A stretch of DNA of 64,000 nt. Source: Mobula hypostoma. Its lineage: Eukaryota. Below, piece after piece: positions 25,629 through 37,654 of the stretch (position 1 is its first letter; the number at the start of each line of letters is the position of its first letter). The stretch covers positions 56,670,001-56,734,000 of the forward strand of contig NC_086097.1 in NCBI RefSeq assembly GCF_963921235.1, read 5' to 3'. A program made the position numbers and the translations under genes. The notes under the pieces were generated by a model. It did no database searches and had not been told where the DNA came from. It saw nothing but the letters and a program-made list of their open reading frames with translations.

Positions 25629-25799
25629 GAGAGCATATCACTCCTCATAAAAAAACTACCTTGAAGGTACACCCAACCATGCAGGTCAGAAGACCGCCTC
25701 ACATCCCCAGAAGCTTCATTCACTCTCATATCATACTTCTCCCATGTATCTATATCAACAAATGTTCATCATTTGTCAGAGGTACAAGAGCCTGAGGAT

Positions 25800-26010
25800 G
25801 ATGGAATCTGGAGCAACTCACAAAACACCAGAGGAACTCAGCTGGTCAGGCGACATCTGCGGAGGGAAACAGACAGTCAATATTTTGGGCCGAAGTCCTT
25901 CTTCTGGACTGCCAGATGAAGGGTCTCAACCTGAAACATCAACTGTCTGTTGCCCCCATAGACGCTGCCTAACCTGCTGCATTCCTCTGGCGTTTTGTGT
26001 GTGTTACTCA
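25800..26010. mobile_element. Fold-back cassette of two inverted Penelope termini
   Basis: The left arm (cacaaaacaccagaggaactcagc...gacagtcaatatttt) is the approximate reverse complement of the right arm (gaaacatcaactgtc...cctctggcgttttgtg). Degenerate hammerhead motifs lie at the centre. Confidence 0.8.
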
Positions 26011-27023
26011 TCGTACATCATCCAACACAAAGCATTACTCTCACCTATCCATCTTTTCTTGCTCACATTGCCAATACACCTGAATTGCATAGGACTTCCT
26101 GCATCTATAAGGAGACTTGGTTGCCATAAGACAACTAATTTCACATCAAATGCCCGTGATAATAAATCTGATTCTGATCCATAATATTTTGATGTTGGAT
26201 GTCAATTTTCCTGAAGAGCCAACAGCTGGAAATACCCCAGCCATCAGTAGCTCCATAGAAGGAGATTCATCTTATGTAACTGTGCAAGCTGCAACCAGAT
26301 TGGAAGCCCTTAACCATGAAGTGGCCAGATTTATCTATATGGAACAAGGCTGCGCAGGTACGAGGACATGCGTTTCCTAATTCAGGATTCAAGTTTATTT
26401 ATCATGTGTACATCGAAACATACAGTGAAGTACACCATGTGCATTAACAACCAACACACTCAAAGGAGTTTTGGGGGCAGCCCACAAGTGTCACCACACA
26501 TTCCAGTGCCAACACAGCATGCTCATAACCACACAGCATGCCCACGACATAACATGCCCACTCTTAACCGCAACTCTTCATAACCTACCAGGAGAGAAGC
26601 ACCAAAAAGGAATATGGATATTTTGTAGCAGACAATATTAATATGAGGAACACAACCAATATGGTTAACTTTTTAAGCCATTACCAATTTCAGAGAGAAA
26701 GCAATTTCCATGCTGGTTATTCCTGTTGCAGAATACAGGTGCCATATCAAAAAGGGTAAAAATATTAGTCAATTAATTTGCTGTTGTTACCGCTGTAACA
26801 AACTAGGGTGTTCCCTTCACTGCAAACTTGCAACTCCTAACATTTCACCCCCACTCCCCCCAATGGGGTGGTCCAACCCCATCAAGGCCTCATGATTTCA
26901 GGCCTAGTGTGTAGAAACCAGCTACTCAGCAGCATGTAGAAACCAGCAGAAGCAGTGGATTACAATACACGTTAGGAAAAGGACATAGGGATCACTGAGG
27001 CACCAAGAGACAGTTCTCCATTA

Positions 27024-27626
27024 GCAGACATCCCACCCTGCAAAAACTCATTTCAGGGAAGTAGCACCATCAATTTGCAGGAGACTTCCAGGAGAGGTGG
27101 GATGTCTGCAATAGAGTAGCTCCTTAGCAGCTAGCCAGCTAGTTTAAATAACATTAGCTATGCTAATGAACAAATGACACATGCTAAACTCACCTCAACA
27201 TGTCTTTTACAGTCTTAACCCACCATGGGCAATAGAAAAGTCACTGTTACAAACAGCGCAGCGAGCAACACTGTCATCATTCTGACCCCTATTAGGCAGG
27301 GGTACACTTTAGTGTAGTCTGGGGTGACGTACGTTTCACATATTTTTGGAAAACTCTGCCATGGCGCGCTCTCACTCTCACTCTCTCTCTCGCTCTCGCA
27401 CTCTCGCTTGCTTTCTCTCGTTCTCTCGCGCTCTCTCTCTCGCTTGCTTTCTCTCTCGCGCTCTCTGTCTCTCTCGTGCTCTCTCTTGCTCTCTCTCGCG
27501 CTCACTCTCTCACTCACTCTCAAAAAAATTGATTTCCGTAACATTGTATATAATTTGCGGGCATCAGGGAGCCACTATTCATATGTGGGAGACTCCTGGA
27601 ACTTCCGGGAGAGGTGGGATGTCAGC
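27024..27626. mobile_element. Unclassified non-autonomous DNA transposon (MITE) with internal CT/CG microsatellite
   Basis: TIR gcagacatcccacc (27024) / ggtgggatgtcagc (ends 27626), with atta on both flanks. Extra perfect TIR copy at 27096-27109. (CT)n-type tract at about 27368-27520. Confidence 0.75.
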
Positions 27627-27964
27627 ATTAACCTGAATTTCCAGGAATACTTCAAAGTGTTACAGAGGCTTGAGAGGCATCAGGTTGTGACAGCATGTTT
27701 CACTTGTTTTTGATATCTCCACTTTATAGTGTCAGAGCTGACATTTTTATTTTACAAGCCCCACCTACAACTTTATTCTTATTCTCAGGATACAAGGCTG
27801 GCTATTTCATGCTTTTTGCAAAGGCAAACACAGAAGTCAGGGGAGGGACAGAAGATGTGGAGCTGAACCCACCAATCTTTCACAACATTCAGCGGCAGAA
27901 GGGAGGTGCTAGGAGTCAATGTAGTGTCAGTGTCTGTGGCCACTGGAGACAGGGAATTTAAGAT

Positions 27965-30422
27965 GGGGAGGCAAATTGTCATGGCTACCTGGTGACTCTG
28001 TCCAAGACGCTGCTACAACTCCAGGATTCTCTCCCCTCAGCATGCAATGGACCTCGCCAATACTTTATCCCCCACCGGATCCAAGCTTTCAATCTCCAGC
28101 TCTTTGCCTTCCTCACATCCAGCAAGGATTGGAAGATCACCCATCTGCAGACTACAGAGTCCACCAGTGGCCCTGGGTGCCCCTGGACAACAATCCCTCC
28201 AGCTGCCTGCTTGGACTTCAATACCATCACAGACCCCCAGATTATGAATCTCTCTGAATCCATCCCCGGCCCCGGCGGCTCTGGACACCTCCGTACTGGT
28301 GACACTAACATCAGTTCCAACGATCCCGAGCAGATTTAGAACCCGTATTCCACTGCTATCAATGCCAGTTCCAACAGCCCCAGACACCTTCAAACTGATA
28401 ATTACACAACCTCTAACTCCGACTCAAGCCTGGACCTTGGTCGTCTGCTCATCCAGGTCAAGACTTTATGCACTGCTGCTGCTGGAACCGCTGTCTCCCT
28501 TTTCCCCCGCCACCGTTCAGCAATCCCATGTCTCTCAGGCCCCACCATCAGCTCTTGGGTGCACAAAGCCCCCAACTTCCTCTCACCCCACCTTCTCTGA
28601 ACACTCCAGCCCTCCCCTCTCCTCAGACACTACCACCTCACTATACTACACTACTCTACAGACACTACACTACTCTCTCCCACCTCTGATCCTAGCTCTC
28701 ACCTGTGCTGGGTCTTCACTATTCCCTCCTACCTTCCCCTCTCTGAAACAGAACATTCTGCCCTCATTTAGGGCCTCACCTTTGTCTCCCTGCACCCGCA
28801 CCTCAGTGAATTCCACGTCCGCCATGACGCTGAGCTCTTCTTCCGCTATCTCTCTCTGGGTGCCTACTTCTTTGGCAAGGAGTTTCCAGCCCGCAACGAT
28901 GCCCCCTTCTCCCGTCTTCAACCATCCTCCTCTTCCTGGACACCTCACTCTGAACTTCTGCCTGATCACTAGTTCCCAATGAGACATCAACCATCTCAAC
29001 TTTAACACACCTCTCTCCAATTCTAACCTCACTCCTTCTGAATGTGCGCCTCTCCACTCTCTCCACACTAATCCTAACCTCACCATCAAGCCTGCAGATA
29101 AGGGGGGTGCTGTAGTAGTCTGGTGGGCTGACCTCTACCTTGCTGAGGCTGGAGGGCAAATCTCAGACACCTCCTCTTACTTACCCCTCAAACAAGACCC
29201 TACTAAGGAGGAGCACGCTATTGATTCCCATATCATCATCGACTTTATCAACCCTGGGGATCTCCCTCATAGTTCCCTCACCCTGCACGTCCCATTCCTA
29301 CTCCTACTCAGGATCCATAAAACTGACTGTCCAGGTAGACTCATTGTTTCTGTCTGTTCCTGCCCCACTGAACTAATATCTGCATATATCAACTCTGTTT
29401 TATCCTCCCTGGTTCAGTCCCTTCCTACCTACATCAGTAACACTTCACACGCTCTTCTTTTTTCCAATGACTTTAAGTTCCCTGGTCCCAATCGTCACAT
29501 TTTCACTATGGATGTCCAGTTCCTATACACCTCCATCCCCCATCAGGAAGGCCTTAAAGATCTTTGCATCTTTCTGGACAACAGACCCAACCAGTTCCCC
29601 TACACTACCACTCTCCTCCATCTGCCAGAACTGGTTGCACTCAATAATTTCTCCTTTGGCTCCTCCCACTTCCTTCAAACCAAAGTCCATGGGCACTTGC
29701 ATGGGTCCCAGCTGTGCCTGACTTTTCATCAGCTACGTGGAACAGTCCATGTTCCAAGCCTACACCAGCATTACTCCCCAACTCTTCCTACACGACATTG
29801 ATGCCTGCATTGGGGCTGCTTCTTGCACCCATGCTGAGCTTGACGATTTCTTCAATTTTGTCTCCAACTTCCACCTTGCCTTCAAATTTGCTTGGTCCAT
29901 TTCTCTCTCCCCTTTCTCGCTTTCTCTGTCTCCATCTCTGGAGACAGTCTATCTACCGATATCTTTTATAAACCCACTGACTCTCACTTTTATCTGGACT
30001 ATACCTTTTTCCATCCTGTCCCTTGTAAAAATGCCATCTTTTTCTCTCAGTTCCTCCATCTTTGCAGCAGCTGCTCTCAGGATGAGGCTCTTCATTCCAA
30101 AACAACTGAGAAGTCCTCCTTGTTCAAAGGGCTTCCCTTCCTCCATCATATATGCTGCCCTCACTCGCATCTCTTCTACTTCGCATATATCTGCCCTCAC
30201 CCCACCAAGGATAGGGTTCCTCTTCTCCTCACCTACCATCCCACTAGCCTCTGCATCCAGCACATAATTCTTCATAATTTCTGCCATCTCCAACGGGAAC
30301 CCACCACCAAGCACGTCTTTCCCTCATCCCCACCCCCACAAACACTTTCTGCTTTCCACAGGGATCACTTCCTACTCAAATCCCTTGTCCACTCGTCCCT
30401 CCCCACTGATCTCCCTCTTGGC
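27965..30422 (+). mobile_element. Penelope-like element, decayed RT region
   Basis: KPADKGGAVVVW (about 29088-29123), MDVQFLYTSIPHQEGL (29508), MGTCMGPSCA, and LSTDIFYKPTDSHFYLDY. Cut off before the GIY-YIG domain by a SINE. Confidence 0.9.
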
Positions 30423-30427
30423 CCTAA

Positions 30428-30725
30428 CATAACACTTCACAGCCCCACCAACTGAGGTTCAATTCTTACTGCTGTCTGCAAGGAGTCTATACATTCTCCC
30501 TGTGACTGTGTGGGTTTCCTCCGGGTGCTCTGGTTTCCTCCCACAACCCAAAGAGTAGCGAGAGTTAGTAACTTGGAGGCAAGCTATGTTGCCGCCGGAA
30601 GCATTGCGACACTTGCGCGTTGCCCAGATCACTTGTTCAGACTGTGTTGGTTGTTGACACAAAGGATGCATTTCACTGTACATTTAGATATTTTGATGTA
30701 GATGTGACCAAAAAAAAAGGCTAAT
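30428..30725 (+). mobile_element. V-domain SINE (HE1-like)
   Basis: B-box ggttcaattc, V-domain gtgggtttcctccgggtgctctggtttcctcccaca, and a LINE-like tail gatgtgaccaaaa...ctaatc. Confidence 0.8.
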
Positions 30726-31032
30726 CATGCCGTTAGTTTGACAGTGCTAATTCATTTGATTCCCCCAAGCAGGAGAGTGATGCTGACTGTTCAGAGTACC
30801 CTTGTGTGAAGGTGTTTCACTGTAAGATTCAAGAAGAGCATGTAGTAGCTTAGAAACTTACATTGAAACCAAGGATAGAAAATCTGTGATTGAACAAACT
30901 TGATCAAGGCAAATGATCGAGGGTCATGTGCTCAAATACCATCATGAAAGAATCCTGAAATAAAAAGGTCAGCATCATTTATCATGGCCAGAAACCTACT
31001 AGATTAATGCAAAAACCCATCTTGCTTATTGA

Positions 31033-31285
31033 CGTAACACACACAAAATGCAGAAGGAACAACAAGTCAGATAGCTTCTACGCAGTGGAATAGGGTCGAC
31101 ATATCGAGCCGAGACCCTCCATCAGGACTAGAAGGGTTTCTCCCTTCCTTTCCAGACCTGATGAAGGGTCTTGACCTAAAACGTCAGCTCTTTATCCTTC
31201 TCCATAGATGTTGCCTGACCTGCTGAGTTCCTCCAGCATTTTGTGCCTGTTGGTCTGGATTTCCAGCATCTGCAGAATCTCTTGC
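31033..31285. mobile_element. Fold-back cassette of two inverted Penelope termini
   Basis: The left arm cacacaaaatgcagaaggaac...gagaccctccatcaggact is inverted relative to the right arm cctgatgaagggtcttgacctaaaacgtc...ccagcattttgtg. Confidence 0.82.
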
Positions 31286-31499
31286 ATTATTATTGATTAT
31301 TAGTGTTCTTTAGAGAAGAAAATCTAACATTTTGACCTGGTCTGGACTATCCAAGATATTAATGTCAATTTTTACTCTCCGTTAAAATGGCCTTAGGAAA
31401 CTATGGAATGGGCAATAAATGCCAGTCTTAGTAGCCTTAAGAAAAAGTTTAGGCAGGTTTTTGAGTTTTCTCCCAAGTGCTAAACAAATAAAGAAGAGA

Positions 31500-31800
31500 A
31501 AATGGTGGAGACAAGAGCTGTTGGATGTTCTTGACTCTTATCTATGGAGAGGAATAAACAGTTGACATTTGGGGCCAAAATGTCATCAAGCCAGAAAGGA
31601 AGGGGGAAGACGCCAGAATAAGAAGGTGGGGGGAGGAGAAGTTGTACAAACTTGGTGAAGCCAGGTGAGGGGGAAGGTGGGTGGGTGGGAGGGGGAATGA
31701 AGTGAGAAACTGGAGGTGATTAGAAGAAAAGGTAGCCAGCTGAAGAAGAAGGAATCTGACAGGAGGAGGGAATGGGCCATGGGAACAAAGGAAGGAGGTT
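31500..31800 (-). mobile_element. Penelope-like 3' tail
   Basis: Purine-rich reverse complement of the tract seen at 21180-21400 and 37150-37400. Confidence 0.75.
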
Positions 31801-32144
31801 TACTGTAAGATTTTAGCAGCCTGCCTCTATATCAGCTGAGGCCACAAAAGTTCTAGCAAAGGTAGAGATTTATAATTATGCGGCAAGTTGCAAAGGAATA
31901 TTATAATTTTAAATTTACTTGTCTAATGAACACTGCATCGTGCTCCCATGTTTACCCTGTGACCTTTACGCAAGCAAGGGATTTCACTGCACCCTGGTGT
32001 AGTAAAATGATCTGAAATCCGAATGCTTATATAATGGATCAGAGGTTTAAAGTATATATCAGATTCACAAATCTCCAAACTATGGTGTCTGCGCCAAAGT
32101 TGTCAAAGAAAACTCCAAAGTTTGCAAAGCAACTTTTGAGCATA

Positions 32145-33965
32145 AACACTAAACTTGAATCAATGAATGATACTTGACAGTTGTGGCAGGTCTTGGATAC
32201 TATCATCTCTTAGAAAATGAAATCAAGTGACATAGGTGACAAAAGGGCTTTGCTTCCAGATGAGCTCAATGCCTTCTATGTTTACCTTGACCATCAAAAC
32301 ATGGAGGAATCTTCACAAGTTCCCACAGCCCCAGATGACCCGACGATTTCCATTTCTGAGGCCAACGTGAGAGCATCCTTCAGGAGGGTGAACCGACTGA
32401 AAGCATCCGGCCTAGACAGTGTACCTGGCTGAGAACTAAAGACCTGCGCTGATCAACTGGCTGGAGTGTTCACCAATATGTTTAACCTCTCACTTCAGCT
32501 GTCTGAGATACCCACCTGCTTCACACAGCCTCCAATCAAAATGGTGCCTAAAGAGAACGTGCCAACCTGTCTCAATGACTATCAACCAGTAGCACTTATA
32601 TCCACCGTGATGAAGTGTTTTGAGAGGTTAGTGATGAAGCACATCAACTCCTGCCTGAGATGTGACTTGGATCCACTCCAATTTGCCTACCAGCACAACA
32701 GGTCCACAGCAGATGCTGTTTCATTGGCTTTTCACTCAGCCCTGGAACACCTGGACAGCAAAGGTGTATACATCAGGATGGTCTTTCTCGACTACAGCTC
32801 AGCCTTCAGTATTGTCATCCCTTCAAAACTAATCAATAAACTTCAAGACCTTGGCCTCAATGTTTCCTTGTCCAATTGGATCCTCAAGTTCCTCACTTGC
32901 AGACCCCAGTCAGTTCAAATTGGTGCAACATCTCCTCCACAATCTCCATCAGCACAGGTGTCCCACATGGCTCTGTGCTTAGCCCACTGCCCTGCACTCG
33001 CTTTACACTTATGACTGGGTGGGTAACCACAACTCCAACGCCATATTTAAGTTTGCTGACGACTCCACTGCCGTTGGCCAAATCAAAGGTGGTGACAAAT
33101 CAACACAGGAGGGAGACTGAAAATCTGGCTGAGCAGTGTCACAATAACAACCTCTCACTCAATGTCAGCAAGACTAAAGAGCTGATCATTGACTTTGGGA
33201 GAAAGAAACTGGAGATCCGTGAGCCAGTCCACATCAGAGGATCAGAGGCGGAGAGGGTCAGCAACTTTAAATTCCTCGGTGTTATCATTTCAGAGGACCT
33301 GTCCTGGGCCCAGCTCTTAAGTGCAAATACAAAGAAAGCACAGCAGCACCTCTACTTCCTGAGAGTTTGGAAAGATTCTGCATGACATCTAAAACTTTGA
33401 CAAACTTCTATAGGTGGAGAGTATATTGACTGGCTGCATCACAGCCTGGTATGGAAACACCAATGCCCTTGAATGGCCCAGTCCATCACAGGTAAAGTCC
33501 TCCCCACCATCAAGCACATCTACACGGAGCACCGTTGCAAGAAAGCAGCATCCACTACCAGGGACCTCTGCCACCCAGGTCATACTCTTTTCTCGCTGCT
33601 GCCGTTAGGAAGAAGGGTACTGGAGCCTCAGGAATCACACCACCAGGTTCAGGAACAGTTAATTACCCTCAACCATCAGATTCTTGATAACTTATCCCGA
33701 CTTCACTTGCCCCATCACCGAACTGTTCCCATACCTATGGACTCACTTTCAAGGACACTTCACCTCATGTTCTGGATGTATTGTTTATTTATTATTAGTA
33801 TTTCTTTAATCCTTTGTATTTGCACAATGTGTTGACTTTTGCACATTGATAGTTCGTCCACCCTGGTGGGTGCAGTCTTTCAGTGATTCTGTTATGGTTC
33901 CTGGATTTACTGAACACAAGAAAACAAATCTCAGAATTGTATAGACATTTTTGTACTTTGTACTC
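32145..33965 (+). mobile_element. Rex1/Babar LINE, 5'-truncated
   Basis: LPDELNAFY, KASGLDSVPG, CLNDYQPVALISTVMKCFERLV, DPLQFAY, FLDYSSAF and KTKELIIDF. Frameshifted. Confidence 0.93.
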
Positions 33966-34477
33966 TGAGTGAAGCTTTTCACACAATCATTTAGAAGGTT
34001 TACTGGCATGCTTCCTGTCATGTCCCTAATGCTGCCGTTGTAAACGGGTTTTCACCTTGCATATTCAGGTAATAGGAACCCTGGGTGAATTGTGAACCAA
34101 CAGCATTATTGCAAATGCCGTGTTAATATTGCTGGAAATTACCATTTTATCACTGAAATCAACAACCCATCTCTCTCATAGGGATTTCTCTCATGCGAGC
34201 TTATGCAGGACTGATGCGTCCCTGCTTTTTATCTCACCTCCTGCTGGTACCCCACGCACAGCTATTAGAATTCAGCTTAAAATAAACTCTCTCACACAGC
34301 AGACCAGCTACTTGGGACTATCTCAGACAGACTTTTTGAAACATTGACCTTATTTAATCAGTGGTCATGTTATGTCACTTCGCTTCCAATCTTACCGCCT
34401 AGGACTGAATACCTCTAATAGTCTGTCCTGGTCTCACCACATAGACAGCACAGCTCTAATTCCTCAGGAGACTAAAG

Positions 34478-34806
34478 AAATTTGGCATGTCCCCATCAAC
34501 CCTTGCCAATTGTTATCGATGCACCATAGAAAACATTCTATCTGATGCATAACAGCTTGGTTTAGCAGCTGCACTGCATGTGACCACAGGAAACTTTGGA
34601 AAGTTGTGGACACATCAGCAGATCATGGAAACCAGCTCCCCTCCATGGACTTTGTCTATATTTCTTGCTGCCTCAGTAAAGCAGCCAGTATTATCAAAGA
34701 TTGTTTTACCCTGAACTACCCCAAAGCGGTGTAGTGATTTGATCTGTACGCAAGACAAGCTTTACACTGTAGCTTGGTACACATTACAATAATGAAGCAA
34801 TTCCAA
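34478..34806 (+). mobile_element. Old Rex1 3' remnant
   Basis: aaatttggcatgtccc...caccatagaaaacattcta...gcagccagtattatcaaaga, with a tail ending caataatgaagcaattccaat. Confidence 0.65.
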
Positions 34807-35419
34807 TCCTAATCTTACCCTAGCTGAAAGACTGAAAAACTCAACCTGCTGACAGCTCACAGAACCACATATTGGCTTCATCATTTATACAAAGTGTACA
34901 CTGGTGGGGTTGTGAAAGTGTCAGCCTCCCAAAAATAACAGATTTTTGCTCTATAAATATAACCTGAGTTTACCAGAATCTCAGTTGACTGCAAGTAGCC
35001 TTCTCACCTTTATCTGTGTACTAATTAACATGAGCAGGCATGTAATTATTGCTTCATTTAATGTACTTGGGGGAGGTGGAATTGTCATTTAAATTGAATT
35101 CTCCTTAGATATAAGATTTACTTTTTTCAGCATGAGTTTTCTGATGTGGGAACCTGATATTATATCAAAGGCATAATGGAGTTACAATTCAGGTCAGTAT
35201 TTAAACCTGTGATTACTGCAGCCCAATTAAATCTATTTTATTTCAGTTTCCTTCCAGAAAATATTTGGCATAGAGTTCTTGCTTGAATGTAGTATTTTAC
35301 AAACTTAAAGCTTACAAGCTGAGATGAATTCAATGTGTTTGACAGCTCATCAAAAGGAAAAGATTTGCACATACACATCAGTGATAACATGCTGCGGCGA
35401 GATTGGCAAATGCACTCGA

Positions 35420-35930
35420 GGGAGGTACAAAACACCCCTGTGCCTGCCCTCGAGTTCCTCCGAATCTTACAGTTTTCCATTTCAATGATTTATCCAATTC
35501 TCTTTGAAGGTTATTACTGACTCATCTTCCACCCCATTCTTAAGCAGTGTGTTCCAGACAGTATCAGGTATCTGCATTTAAAAAGAACCTTCTGCTGTAT
35601 CCTTCTTTCAACAGACTCCTCACCGTCTCCATATTGACTCTGCCACCACACTCACAATTTAGCCTTACTTATTCATCAAACCCTTAATGCTTTGGAAATG
35701 TCAAATCACCATTTCTATGCCAAAGAGAACAACTCCTGTTTCTCAAGGCCCGCCATATAGATGCAGTTATTTAAATTGGGTAACACTTTAGTAACTCTCC
35801 TTGCATTCTTCAAGTTCCCAAACATGGCACCCAGAGTCTGCTAGAATTATTCAGTTCTCAGCACTTTACAAAGGATCAGCACAAGTTCTGTGCTTTTATA
35901 CTTAATGGCTCCAGTAAATATTCAAGAGTT
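35420..35930 (-). mobile_element. Old CR1 remnant
   Basis: Degenerate reverse-complement CR1 motifs (ttatccaattctctttgaag, cagtgtgttccaga, aaagagaacaactcc). Confidence 0.5.
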
Positions 35931-36721
35931 GGGAATCTACATTACATTATAATTTACATGAAAACTAAAGTTCATTCTATTGAAAAAGACTTCCTGGAAA
36001 CTGAACTGGAGAAGCAATGTGCCAGTCTTTAATGAGTGAATGCACGTAAAAGCTTTTTACCCTCATATCTGGCTGTGACACCCCCCAACCCCATCTCCCC
36101 CCACCATTAAGGATATTGCACCAATACTGTCCACAATTCTCGCCCGCACTAGTGCCATGTTACCAACATAATTCTCACATTTCATCAATGTGCATGATGT
36201 ATTTTTCTGACTTACTGATAGAAATAGGCGATGACATTAGTTTTTCAATAACTGTAAATCAACGATCAATCAATGCAGGAGGTCAGGAGCCATCCATTAT
36301 TTAATGGTTCCCTGCTTGGGCATCCATTTTGTCTTTGTTAACTTCACCCTTCATTAATATACATCTGCTGCAGTCTATAGTCCTAATGATCATTCTGCAG
36401 TGGCCCAGTTGTGCAGGGGCTTGATCAGGCTGTTCAAAATAGTGTGTGTTGGAGAGGGGTGGGAGAGTGGCATCACACACACCACTGTGTCATTTAACTA
36501 TTTCACCTCAGTCCACTGGAATTTCCTGTCCGTCCCACACCCACACACACTTTCTTCATTTTCTCTGTTTTTCTCATCACAATTGTAGCCTGAGTAACTG
36601 CTATGGTAACTACATTCCACCTGCTCACCAAGTATAAATGTAAAAGTTCAGCTCTAACTCTAATAGTGAGAATACAACTTAATAGCACTTTTTTTTTAAA
36701 TGAAGATATTTTTTGGTGCTA

Positions 36722-37423
36722 CCAAACAGGGCCCAAACAGTCCTTCCAGGTGAGGCGACACTTCACCTGTGAGCCTATGGGGTCATCTTTTGTATCTGGT
36801 GCTCCTGGTGTGGCTCCTGCATCTCGACGAGACCCAGTGTAGATTGGGAGACCACTTCACCAAGCACCTATGCACTATCTGCCAGGAAAAGAAGGGTTTC
36901 CCAGTGGCCACCCATTTCAATTCTACTACCCATTCCCATTTCAACATGTCAGTCCGTGGCCTCCTCTACTGCCACGGTGAGGCCACACTCAGCTTGAGGG
37001 AGCAACACTTTCTATTTCGTCTGGATACCCTCCAACCTGATGGCATAAACATTCATTTCTCGAACTTCACCATCCCCCACTCCTGTTTCCCTCTCTCACC
37101 TTATCTCCTTACCTGACCATCACATTCCTCTGGTGCTCCTCCCCCTTCCCTTTCTTCCATGGTATTCTGCTTTCTCCTATCAGATTCCCCCTTATCCAAC
37201 CCTTTATCTCTTCCACCAATCAATATCCCGGCTCTTTAATTCCCCTCTTCCCCTCTCCCGGTTTTCACCTATCACCTACCACCTTATATTTCTTCTTCCC
37301 TCCCCCACCTTCTTACCCTGACTTCTCTTTACTTCCAGTCCTGTTGAAGGGTCTCGACTGTTTACTCTTTACAATGGATGCTGCCTGGCCTGCTGAGTTC
37401 CTCCAGTATTTTGTGTGTGTGTT
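36722..37423 (+). mobile_element. Penelope-like element 3' part with GIY-YIG remnant
   Basis: GPKQSFQVRRHFTCE, ETQCRLGDHFTKHL, PVATHFNS and EQHFLFRLDTLQPDGIN. The terminal hammerhead is partly deleted (cagtcctgttgaagggtctcgactg). Confidence 0.88.
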
Positions 37424-37654
37424 AAATGTTTTTGTCTGCAATTCGGCATCCAGACAAAATACGGCATCTATTTTGCACACCTAAAGTGAAAGTCCAAAGT
37501 AGGTTCAAATATTACCAATAAAGAAGATTAATTAATTTGTTACTGTTTTCACACAATTCTTGTTTCTTCTTACAAATGGAAGACACTCAGCAGCCTGAGT
37601 GGAAAACCAGTTCTAATCGACCAGAATGAAGTGCTTTCTTTCTGTGATCTACAA

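Noticed and set aside
27215..27713. ORFs with RE/ER- or LS-rich peptides
   Set aside because: Translations of the (CT/GA)n microsatellite inside a MITE.
28299..28982. 227-aa Ser/Pro/Thr-rich ORF
   Set aside because: C-rich reading of the decayed Penelope element; no independent gene signals.
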